NCBI GenBank assembly: GCA_902779035.1
Contig: CACZAH010000001.1
Span: forward strand, 24,591 to 88,590
Source of the DNA: an uncultured Erysipelotrichaceae bacterium
GTDB taxonomy: Bacteria; Bacillota_I; Bacilli_A; RF39; UBA660
Direction: 5' to 3'
Length of the DNA stretch: 64,000 nucleotides
The translations under genes and the position numbers were made by a program. The notes below the pieces were generated by a model. The model was not told the DNA's origin and searched no databases. It was given only the letters and a program-made list of their open reading frames with translations. This document shows, piece by piece, positions 19,601 through 27,429 of this stretch (position 1 is the stretch's first letter; every line of letters begins with the position of its first letter).

Positions 19601-19717
19601 TAGTTCTTTTTCAAGAGCATCTTCGCTTTGAAAAGAAGTAGCTACTCTATTTAATCCAGTATACTCTGCTAATACAGTAGAATTATCATTTTCACTTATT
19701 AAACCTATACTACTCAC
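16649..19717 (-). CDS. hsdR: Type I restriction enzyme R subunit
   Basis: 1022 aa (GTG start) with TGSGKT Walker A, FDECHRSQ (DEAD/H box), GFTGTP and QAFSRTNR motifs. Last gene of the R-M operon. Confidence 0.9.
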   Translation of the reverse strand: MSSIGLISENDNSTVLAEYTGLNRVATSFQSEDALEKELIKTLVDQGYERLTINSEDELILNLRKQLEKLNNYTFTDGEWDSFFTKVIANKNDYIIEKTRLIQEDYKQEITLDSGAKRNIYLIDKNNIHNNSVQVLNQYVNNEGNYDNRYDVTILVNGLPLVHVELKKRGVDLREAFNQIERYQRDSFWAGSGLYNFVQIFVISNGTLTKYYSNTTREFHINNQKKKKSNSFEFTSYWADQKNNGITDLIDFTKTFLTKHTLLNVLTKYCVFTSEEDLLVMRPYQIVATEKILNRITIAYNNKFYGDIKSGGYIWHTTGSGKTLTSFKTSQLASKLDFIDKVLFVVDRKDLDYQTMKEYDRFKKGAANSNTSTKVLEEQLYDPNAKIIITTIQKLSQFIKKNENSEVFNKHVVFIFDECHRSQFGDMHKAIIKKFNKYYLFGFTGTPIFPENARTIKGVSETTEQIFGERLHTYTIVNAIADKNVLPFRYEYVGRVDISDDVKDEKVYNIDEEKLFDNQIRINLITNYIIDHFSTKTKTSESYVYSTLDNVIDVAKKQNTEEIKSKKNVNGFNSIFAVSSIKMAKEYYAEFKKELVLNNSDLKVALIYSYGVNGEDGVIDENSESTEALSNDDRTFLDNAIKDYNKMFGTSYDTSSERFQNYYKDVSLRMKNREIDILIVANMFLTGFDAKTLNTLWVDKNLKWHGLIQAFSRTNRILNSVKTYGNIVSFRNLEDRLNEALAKFGDEQAHGVVLLKPYKDYYYGYEDDNGKTFEGYKSLVEKLTSKFAPGELMQSEADQKEFIKLYGAILKVTNILSSFDEFKDDELINERDKQDYHSIYIELYNEFRNRAKQEKTDVTDDVVFEMELIKSIEVDIDYILGLVKKYHDSNMEDKEILVTIQKTIMASPDLRNKKDLIMAFIDSLDQNSNVYADFESFMNSKKKEELDKIISEEKLNKDETYSFIQKAFEQGRVETNGTEISTILPPMNMFTPTNDRQEKKNKVIDKLLNFFDKFFSISSNKM

Positions 19718-20855
19718 TCTTATTCACCTCTTTTTGTGCTTGATAATAACAAGCAATTGTAACGAGCAATTTTATCTCAGTAAAGCTCATACCAACAGTA
19801 TTGATATTAACCCAATCTTTAGCAAACTCTTTTGAAAAAAGATCTGCTTGTGTTAATCCCCAATATATATCACCATATCCATCATCGTTAAGATAACAAT
19901 ATATCTTCTCCAATTGATAATGCATCATTGGATACACTTCTCTTATATGAGGGGTAAGTATAGGACTAGTTATTTGATATAACTCGTCATAATCCATATT
20001 GTCTATGCAATCACAAATAGCTGGAATTGAATTAATAATTAAATCTCTATACTTATTTACTATTTCAATATTAGTTTCATCAGTTATATTACAAGTTAAA
20101 TAATCATATAGTTCTTTTATATCTGAATCTTCAAGATATCTTTCATTTAAAATATCAATAACATCTAATAATATTGCACCACTATCTTGATTTCTATTTA
20201 CTTTTCTATTAGACCATTCTTTCTCTTTGTTATTAATAATATCTTGAAAAGCATTAATTATATCATTAATCTTTTCAAATTTAAGTCTAATATATTCCTT
20301 TAAATCTGCAAACTTAATACAAATGTGGAACATCTCTCGCTTATTACTATATACCATTACACCAACTGAATCTTTTAAATCTGGAAAAATACCACCCCTA
20401 TTATTCAAAATGTAAGGACTATATTGAACCTCACCTTTAATCGGATTAGGAATAGATCTATCAGTAATAAATGGATGTGCAAAAAATAAAGATCTAAGAT
20501 AATCGAAGAACTTATCATCACCCTTATAATCACTTGCAGGTATTAAAAATGGTTCCTCTTCACAATAACTTTGAAATATATTTGTGGGTTTATTTTCAAT
20601 ATTTAAAATATTAGAAACAACCTTAATTCCATCTCTAATAATACAGAAGTGATGAAAAAGCATTATAATTTCATCCTCAGACGTTGGAATATTTTGATGC
20701 GAGTTAAGGTACATTACCGAATTATCAAACTGATCCATAACTGCACATATTAGATTAAACTTTTCTTTCTCATTAACATCTGCAACAAATATATCAGTTT
20801 TATTAATAACATCTCTTAAGTCATAGACTAATTTACCATCTAATAAATCATTCAT
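19710..20855 (-). CDS. Unknown protein embedded between hsdS and hsdR (two Rx4-6H HEPN-like motifs)
   Basis: Start ATG 20855 overlaps the hsdS stop (ATGAATGA) and its stop overlaps the hsdR GTG (GTGAGTAG). No Walker motif. RSLFFAH at aa ~126-132 and REVYPMMH at ~310-317 (ORF-track numbering). Confidence 0.7.
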   Translation of the reverse strand: MNDLLDGKLVYDLRDVINKTDIFVADVNEKEKFNLICAVMDQFDNSVMYLNSHQNIPTSEDEIIMLFHHFCIIRDGIKVVSNILNIENKPTNIFQSYCEEEPFLIPASDYKGDDKFFDYLRSLFFAHPFITDRSIPNPIKGEVQYSPYILNNRGGIFPDLKDSVGVMVYSNKREMFHICIKFADLKEYIRLKFEKINDIINAFQDIINNKEKEWSNRKVNRNQDSGAILLDVIDILNERYLEDSDIKELYDYLTCNITDETNIEIVNKYRDLIINSIPAICDCIDNMDYDELYQITSPILTPHIREVYPMMHYQLEKIYCYLNDDGYGDIYWGLTQADLFSKEFAKDWVNINTVGMSFTEIKLLVTIACYYQAQKEVNKSE

Positions 20856-21930
20856 GGCATAATTCCTCAAAACTTAATAGTTTGTTTCTATAATACTCAT
20901 ATTGTTGTCTTCTTAATTCTATCTCTGCAGGAATACCTGCTGTTATATCATTAACCAATGCATCAAACTTATCTAGTATATTAACTATACGATTTTGTTC
21001 TTCTATAGAAGGTACCATAATAGATAATCTATTAAGTGTTGCTTGTGTCATACTTGGAACTCCACCAGCAATATTTAATCTATCTAAATGTTGATTTTGA
21101 ATGAAGTAATAAATATATTTAGGTATCACTTTGCTCTCATCTATTTCAGTATAATAGATAGTATCGACATTCCAGAAAGGTTTATCTACATAAAATACAT
21201 TTCCTAATGAACCCTTTCTTGGAATTAGCACAGAAGGTTTATCATAAGTAAAACTATCCACATACGTCATAATTCCACCTGATCCATAAACAGGAACATT
21301 ACCTTCATTCAAATGTTTATAATCCCTACCATTTTTAATTGTCAAAATATCTTGTAATTTGCATTCATTATATTTCTTTTTAAATAATTCTCCACGCCAA
21401 AACTCGTATTGACTCTTTCTCGCTTCTAGCTCCGCTTCTAGCTCCGCTTCTAGCTCGCCAAATTTATCAAGAATTTTTACTATTTCTTCTTGCACTTCTA
21501 TTGGTGGAGTTGGAACATTAAATCCTTGCAACATAGGTAAAGTAATATATGGAACTGAACCTTTCTTCGAATTCTCATCTATGTGAACTTTTAAATAAGC
21601 ATTTAAATAATGATATAGATACTTTGGAATTATACTATCTATAAAGTTCATTAAAACATAGGTTCTTTGATATGCATTAAACTTTCCAACATAATAATTA
21701 AGATGTCCAACTTGACTTCCATTACCTGATATTAAAATTGCTTCTCCATCAAATGCATACTTATCTATTTTAAAAGGTTTAGCATCACAAGTGAAAAATG
21801 CATACTCACCATCTTCTACCATAGCATTCGCATTTAATTTACCAGTTGTTATAGATACAATTTTATCTAAAGATTTATATTCTACACCATTAGGACATAA
21901 TTTATTAATCAAATCATTAATCCTACTCAT
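20848..21930 (-). CDS. hsdS: Type I restriction enzyme S (specificity) subunit
   Basis: Start at ATG 21930 (MSRINDLINKLCPNGVEYKSL). Two TRD halves separated by a central helix containing ELEAELEAELEA. C-terminal conserved helix EIELRRQQYEYYRNKLL. Confidence 0.9.
   Translation of the reverse strand: MSRINDLINKLCPNGVEYKSLDKIVSITTGKLNANAMVEDGEYAFFTCDAKPFKIDKYAFDGEAILISGNGSQVGHLNYYVGKFNAYQRTYVLMNFIDSIIPKYLYHYLNAYLKVHIDENSKKGSVPYITLPMLQGFNVPTPPIEVQEEIVKILDKFGELEAELEAELEARKSQYEFWRGELFKKKYNECKLQDILTIKNGRDYKHLNEGNVPVYGSGGIMTYVDSFTYDKPSVLIPRKGSLGNVFYVDKPFWNVDTIYYTEIDESKVIPKYIYYFIQNQHLDRLNIAGGVPSMTQATLNRLSIMVPSIEEQNRIVNILDKFDALVNDITAGIPAEIELRRQQYEYYRNKLLSFEELCHE
21421..21456. repeat. Perfect 3 x 12-bp tandem repeat inside the hsdS central conserved region
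   Basis: cgcttctagctc x3, encoding (ELEA)x3 on the minus strand. Confidence 0.95.
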
Positions 21931-22564
21931 TAGAATCACCGCCCACATTATAAAAATCAAGATTCTCTCTAGGATTTTGACCATATACACATAAATACTT
22001 ACCTATTAATAAGTACATTCTCTTAAAGCTTGATTTATCAACAGAATCTAAAATCTTTTCTGATAAAGATAATTTATTTATATATTCCTCTGATATCATT
22101 TCCATGCTTTGAATTATTAACTCATTATAATCAAATGTATCATACTCTTTAGATTTTTCGTTCTTAGTATTTATAATCTCTATAATCTTATTTTCTATAT
22201 ATTCATATGATGGTTTACTATTAAAATTCATATTATCATCATATTTAACTGCAACAAAATCAAAAAGAAACTTATACTTATCATCAGTTTTATCTAAAAT
22301 ATACATTTCATGTCTAGATAATACTCCAACATCATTCTTGTCTAACACACTATTGTCCTTAGAATTGAGAATCCTTTCTTTATATCCAGGATAATTAATT
22401 AATCTCGCAACAGATTCATTTAAATAAAACTCTGTAATCTCTACACCAAATGTAACATTATCAGCTTGTAACACAAAATCAGGTTGTTCATGCTCTTTAA
22501 TTGTTATTTTATCAGAATTATAAATCTTCTTTAATATTTGTAGTTCTCTATCTTTCTTACTCAT
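21923..22564 (-). CDS. Unknown protein embedded between hsdM and hsdS (possible PD-(D/E)xK-like core)
   Basis: Start ATG 22564 overlaps the hsdM stop (ATGAGTAA) and its stop overlaps the hsdS start. Sequence EQPDFVLQADNVTFGVEITEF is reminiscent of a nuclease PD...E core (inference only). Confidence 0.65.
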   Translation of the reverse strand: MSKKDRELQILKKIYNSDKITIKEHEQPDFVLQADNVTFGVEITEFYLNESVARLINYPGYKERILNSKDNSVLDKNDVGVLSRHEMYILDKTDDKYKFLFDFVAVKYDDNMNFNSKPSYEYIENKIIEIINTKNEKSKEYDTFDYNELIIQSMEMISEEYINKLSLSEKILDSVDKSSFKRMYLLIGKYLCVYGQNPRENLDFYNVGGDSNE

Positions 22565-24122
22565 GATAATCAACCTCTAATTCTTTGATTATCGCCTCTA
22601 GTTCTTCCCTAATCTTTTGTTGTCTTGGTACTACTTGGGATAGTTTTTCATTAACCGCTTTAATATCAATAGTAGTATCTTCTCCATTAGTCTTTAAGTA
22701 TGAATTAACAGATATATTATAATCATTATCTTTAACTTCTTCATATGCAGCTAAATAAGATTTACCTTCTACACTTTTTCTATCTTTTAATAGAGAAACA
22801 ATACTCTCTATATTTTCATCAGATAACTTATTCTTATTAGTTGTTCTAACACATTCATCAGTAGCATCTACAAATAAGATATTGTTATCAGTCTTATTCT
22901 TCTTTAATACTAAAATACATGTTGCAATAGAAGTACCAAAGAATAAATCACTAGGTAATTGAATAACTGTATCAACAAAGTTATTATCAATCATATATTG
23001 TCTTATCTTTTGCTCTGCTCCACCTCTATATAAAACTCCTGGGAACTCAACTATTGCTGCAGTACCTTTAGAAGATAGCCAAGATAACATATGCATAGTA
23101 AATGCTAAGTCAGCTTTAGATGTAGGAGCTAAAACACCAGCAGGTGCAAATCTCTCATCATTAATAAGAATTGGGTTCTCTTTACCAGCCCATTTAATAG
23201 AATAAGGTGGATTAGAAACTATAGCATCAAATGGTTCATCATCCCAATGCGCAGGATGTATTAAAGTATCACCACGTTCAATACTAAAGTTATTATAGTT
23301 AATATTATGTAAGAACATATTAATTCTAGCTAAGTTATATGTTGTTAAGTTAATTTCTTGTCCAAAGAAACCTTGCTTAACATTCTCTTTTCCTAATATC
23401 TTAGCAAACTTAAGTAATAGACCTCCAGATCCACAAGCAGGATCATACACTTTATTAACAGAAGTCTTATTCATTATAACTATTCTAGCAAGTAATTCTC
23501 CTACTTCTTGAGGCGTGAAGAACTCACCACCAGATTTACCTGCAGAAGAGGCATACATAGTCATTAAGAACTCATATGCATCACCAAACAAATCTATTGT
23601 TCCTTCATTATAATCACCAAAATTTAAATCACCTATAGCATTAAGTAACTTAACTAACTTCTCATTTCTCTCATCTACAGTATTACCTAACTTATTATCT
23701 ATTGTAAAATCATCAAATAAACCTTTAACATCATCTTCTGAAGCAGTGCCTCTAGCAGAAGCTTCAATATTGTTAAATACATTAGATATAACTACATTCA
23801 AGTTCTCATTCTTATCAGCACCTTTTCTAATATTACAGAATAGTTCACTAGGTAAAATGAAGAAACCTTTCTCCTCAAGTATTTGAGATTTACCAAGTAA
23901 TGCTTCTTCATCAGATATATTTCTATATTCAAAATCAGCTATACCAGCTTTTCTTTGATTTTCATTAACATAGTTTTCTATATTTTCAGATATAAATCTA
24001 TAAAATAACAATCCTAATACGTATTGTTTAAAATCCCATCCATCAACAGAACCTCTAAGTTCATTTGCTATCTTCCAAATAGTCTTATGAAGTTCTTCTC
24101 TTTCTCGTTCCTTATTATTCAT
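22557..24122 (-). CDS. hsdM: Type I restriction enzyme M subunit (N6-adenine methyltransferase)
   Basis: 521 aa with GEFFTPQEV, VYDPACGSGGLL (SAM motif) and VSNPPYSIKW (NPPY catalytic motif). Confidence 0.9.
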   Translation of the reverse strand: MNNKEREREELHKTIWKIANELRGSVDGWDFKQYVLGLLFYRFISENIENYVNENQRKAGIADFEYRNISDEEALLGKSQILEEKGFFILPSELFCNIRKGADKNENLNVVISNVFNNIEASARGTASEDDVKGLFDDFTIDNKLGNTVDERNEKLVKLLNAIGDLNFGDYNEGTIDLFGDAYEFLMTMYASSAGKSGGEFFTPQEVGELLARIVIMNKTSVNKVYDPACGSGGLLLKFAKILGKENVKQGFFGQEINLTTYNLARINMFLHNINYNNFSIERGDTLIHPAHWDDEPFDAIVSNPPYSIKWAGKENPILINDERFAPAGVLAPTSKADLAFTMHMLSWLSSKGTAAIVEFPGVLYRGGAEQKIRQYMIDNNFVDTVIQLPSDLFFGTSIATCILVLKKNKTDNNILFVDATDECVRTTNKNKLSDENIESIVSLLKDRKSVEGKSYLAAYEEVKDNDYNISVNSYLKTNGEDTTIDIKAVNEKLSQVVPRQQKIREELEAIIKELEVDYHE

Positions 24123-24140
24123 TACATCTTACCTTCCTTA

Positions 24141-24980
24141 CTAATCAAATAATTCTTTAACAATTAAATCTTGTGAATGTAAATTATTATTTTTACCTAA
24201 TAATAAATTTTCATAAAATTTAACTAAATAATTACTATCTTCTTTTATATTCAAATAATTATTAAAATAATTACTTCTAACTAAAGCATTTCTAAAATAA
24301 ATTGATTTATCTTTAAATAAAGTATTATCTACTTCATAACCTAAACTAATTAAATATTTTTCTATAAATAATGCTGTAGTCCTAGTATTACCTTCCCTAA
24401 ATGGATGAACTTGCCATATACTAGATGAAAATTTAGTAATATTATTTATTACTTCTACAACATTCATATCTTTATAATTCTTTTCTTTTTCTAAAGATAT
24501 ATCATATTCTAATGATTCTTTTAATGTCTTACAATCACCATAAGCAACTGAATCATTATTAAGTATTTTCTCATGTTTAGAAAAATCTATATTTCTAAAC
24601 TCTCCTGCAAATTCATAAACATCTTGAAATAAATATTTATGAACATATTTTAAATAATCAACAGATAATTTAAAATTATCAATTTGTAATAATTCAACAA
24701 TTCTTGTAGATACAAAATCACATTCTAATTCATTATGATTTAATTCTTGTTTTTTATCTTTTTCAATATAATATTCTCTCAACTCTTCTTCTACTTGCTT
24801 AATAGTTAAATTACCACTAACATTTTCTTCTAATAATTTTTCCAAATATTTAGAAGGTTTTAAATTATCTACTTCTTGAAGACCTATAGCCATATCCCAC
24901 TCTAGTTGTTTTACATATCCTTCTGGTTTAGTTTCTTCTGTATATTCAACATTACTTGAATCTAATTCTTTTTCACTCAT
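24141..24980 (-). CDS. Fic/DOC (Fido) family protein
   Basis: 279 aa with the Fic motif HPFREGNTRTTALF. 18 nt upstream of hsdM. Confidence 0.85.
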   Translation of the reverse strand: MSEKELDSSNVEYTEETKPEGYVKQLEWDMAIGLQEVDNLKPSKYLEKLLEENVSGNLTIKQVEEELREYYIEKDKKQELNHNELECDFVSTRIVELLQIDNFKLSVDYLKYVHKYLFQDVYEFAGEFRNIDFSKHEKILNNDSVAYGDCKTLKESLEYDISLEKEKNYKDMNVVEVINNITKFSSSIWQVHPFREGNTRTTALFIEKYLISLGYEVDNTLFKDKSIYFRNALVRSNYFNNYLNIKEDSNYLVKFYENLLLGKNNNLHSQDLIVKELFD

Positions 24981-24992
24981 TTAATTAACCTC

Positions 24993-25595
24993 CTATCTCA
25001 CTGCATAATCTACTAAAGTTCTAACTTTTTCATATATATTAAATATTTTAGAATACACTAGTAATTTATCTATATCTTTATCACTGCTATTAAAATAATC
25101 ATGTAATATATTATTTTGTAATTCTAAATCAAAATCATCACTTTTTAACATATCACAAACACATCTTTCAGCATTATATACTTTAATTGGATTATTAAAC
25201 ATATTGTTAATTTCAATAATACCAATATTATAATATTTATCTGCTACATAATGTACTTTATAATTGCTTAATACCCTTTTCTTACTACTAACAGTTATTT
25301 CTATTTCTTCTGGTAATTCTTTAATTAAACCTAACATACTTAATGCTGTCTTATATGAATATATGGCATCAGGATATCTTTTTTGAAAAACATACTCATC
25401 ATCAACTAATATATTGCTATCAACATATAAACCATGTGAAACTTTATTTATTAATCCATTATCAACATATTTTTTTATCAATGGTTTACTAATATTTAGT
25501 TTTAAAAAATCTGATGTAGATATGTATCCATGATTAGCATCTAAAAACTGTTTTATTTTATCTTCATTAGTCATAGAATCACCATTTACTTTCAT
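24993..25595 (-). CDS. AbiEi-like (type IV TA antitoxin-type) winged-helix regulator
   Basis: 200 aa with GYISTSDFLKLNISKPLIKKYVDNGLINKVSHGLYV, which resembles the AbiEi_4 N-terminal domain. First gene of the operon, 12 nt upstream of fic. Confidence 0.55.
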   Translation of the reverse strand: MKVNGDSMTNEDKIKQFLDANHGYISTSDFLKLNISKPLIKKYVDNGLINKVSHGLYVDSNILVDDEYVFQKRYPDAIYSYKTALSMLGLIKELPEEIEITVSSKKRVLSNYKVHYVADKYYNIGIIEINNMFNNPIKVYNAERCVCDMLKSDDFDLELQNNILHDYFNSSDKDIDKLLVYSKIFNIYEKVRTLVDYAVR

Positions 25596-25822
25596 AACAA
25601 TATTATATCATTTTATTATATTTAAGTAAACCAATTTTGCACAATAAAAATAATAATTTTTTAGTAACTGTCGGAGACTATTTTTATGGGTTTTAGGGAT
25701 AATCACTAACAAGCATTAACGGGTGTGTCAACACCATGCTTGATTTATTGTACAAGACTGGTAAGTTACCTCTAGTAAGGGGGTGATTTTTTAATATTTT
25801 CTTAACATTTTTTTATAAAAAA

Positions 25823-25852
25823 TAGCACTAATTTTTTATAAAATTAGTGCTA
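25823..25852. terminator. Bidirectional hairpin terminator downstream of gajB
   Basis: tagcactaatttt / aaaattagtgcta, a 13-bp perfect stem flanked by A/T runs. Confidence 0.7.
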
Positions 25853-25863
25853 AAATTTAATGA

Positions 25864-27429
25864 TTATACAATAAGATTATTAATAAAATTTGAGACAACT
25901 TCATTATTTTTTGACAAAATATATACATTATTTTTTGCTCTAGTTATTGCAACAAAAAGCTTATTTTTGAATTCTTCATTTATGACATTATATTGATTAT
26001 CTAAAACTATAATTACATTATCACTTTCTAATCCTTTTGAAGTATGTATAGTCATTATTCTATTTTCCTTTTCGACAGTATAGTAATTATATTTATATTT
26101 CTCATCTTCTAATTTATTGATAATTTCAAAAATAGTTTCATCTGATATAATTATACCTAATTTTAAAAAGCTTTCTTTTAAAAATTCATCTAATTGAATT
26201 TTTCGTCTTAAATTAAAATCTCTTTGTTTTATTTTTGTATTACAACTTAACAAAATTGATTCAATTTTTTCATAAGGATATTTATATTTATCAATAACAT
26301 TATCATAATTTAAGTAATATCTTAGTAGTTCATCTATTATATCTGAATTTTCATAATAGTCATTATATTTTTTGTTATCCAAATCTAATTTTTTTGTGTA
26401 TATTATATCATAATCAGTTTTATATAGTTCATATAACTCTTGTGCTGTATTATTGCTCTCGGTTAATATAAAAGATGAACCAGTTAATCCATTTAAAAAT
26501 TTTGAATTTACTTCAGATATAAGATTTACATGTGATTTATCTTTATAACTTTTAACAAGACTTGAATCATATATTTTATTTGCATAATAAATTATGCTAG
26601 GGTGACAACGTATACTTACATTTATTTTATATTCACTATATCCAAAATTAGTTAATTTTCTAAATAGTTCTGGTCTAGCTCCTCTAAATTGATAAATCGA
26701 CTGATTAGCATCACCAACCATAATGATGTTAACATTAGTGTTATCTTTTAAAGCTTTGAAAAATAAATGTTGAAAAAAATTTAAATCCTGTGCTTCATCT
26801 ATATATATAGTTGTATATTTATTATTAAACCACTCTATAAAAACTTTCATTTTTACTATATATGTTGCAAATAAATATGTTGGAAAAGAAACCTCATATT
26901 GACATTCTTTTAATTTTTTTATCCACTCCGAATAATATTTATTACCAATTTCCTTTAAAGATTGATTCTTATCATAATATCTTGTCAACTCATTAATTGT
27001 AAGATTCTTGCCATTATTCTTTAAGATAAATTCATCCTGAATTTTAACATATTCTTCAGGAAAAAATATTTTTTTATCAATTATAACTTGTTCAGAAAAT
27101 AAATTAGCATTAATAAGAGCCCTATTAACAAATTTACATACAGTATCTTTAACAAATGAATCAATGGTTCCAATATAACTATTATTTATTTCTAGTTTTT
27201 TGTTAATTCGTGATTTCAATTCTTCAGAAGCCTCACGAGTAAAAGAGCAAGCTACTACACCTTGATATTCTTCTATTTCATTAAGCTCTTTTTCAATTCT
27301 TTTTACAATAGTATAAGTTTTTCCTGAGCCCGGGCATGCTGATACAAAAATATATTTTTCACTAGAGCTTATAATCTTTTCTTGTTCAAAATCTAAGATT
27401 TCTTTTAATTCATCTGATATATTATTCAT
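25864..27429 (-). CDS. gajB: Gabija GajB-like UvrD/Rep-family helicase
   Basis: 521 aa with CPGSGKTYT (Walker A), IYIDEAQDLN (DExQD) and TIHTSKGLESDNV. Overlaps gajA by 8 nt. Confidence 0.8.
   Translation of the reverse strand: MNNISDELKEILDFEQEKIISSSEKYIFVSACPGSGKTYTIVKRIEKELNEIEEYQGVVACSFTREASEELKSRINKKLEINNSYIGTIDSFVKDTVCKFVNRALINANLFSEQVIIDKKIFFPEEYVKIQDEFILKNNGKNLTINELTRYYDKNQSLKEIGNKYYSEWIKKLKECQYEVSFPTYLFATYIVKMKVFIEWFNNKYTTIYIDEAQDLNFFQHLFFKALKDNTNVNIIMVGDANQSIYQFRGARPELFRKLTNFGYSEYKINVSIRCHPSIIYYANKIYDSSLVKSYKDKSHVNLISEVNSKFLNGLTGSSFILTESNNTAQELYELYKTDYDIIYTKKLDLDNKKYNDYYENSDIIDELLRYYLNYDNVIDKYKYPYEKIESILLSCNTKIKQRDFNLRRKIQLDEFLKESFLKLGIIISDETIFEIINKLEDEKYKYNYYTVEKENRIMTIHTSKGLESDNVIIVLDNQYNVINEEFKNKLFVAITRAKNNVYILSKNNEVVSNFINNLIV

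Noticed and set aside
19710-20855. Possible identity of the hsdS-hsdR embedded gene with the anticodon nuclease PrrC.
   Set aside because: There is no Walker A/B ATPase motif and no sequence resemblance that I can see. Only the genomic position is analogous, so it is reported as an unknown protein.
25690-25790. Hairpins (caagcat...atgcttg, ggtaa-g-ttacc) and an SD-like aagggggtga in the gap between Gabija and the R-M operon.
   Set aside because: No start codon follows the SD-like element and no known motif is recognised. The region most likely holds the promoter and operator of the abiEi-fic-hsd operon, and I cannot define it further without data.
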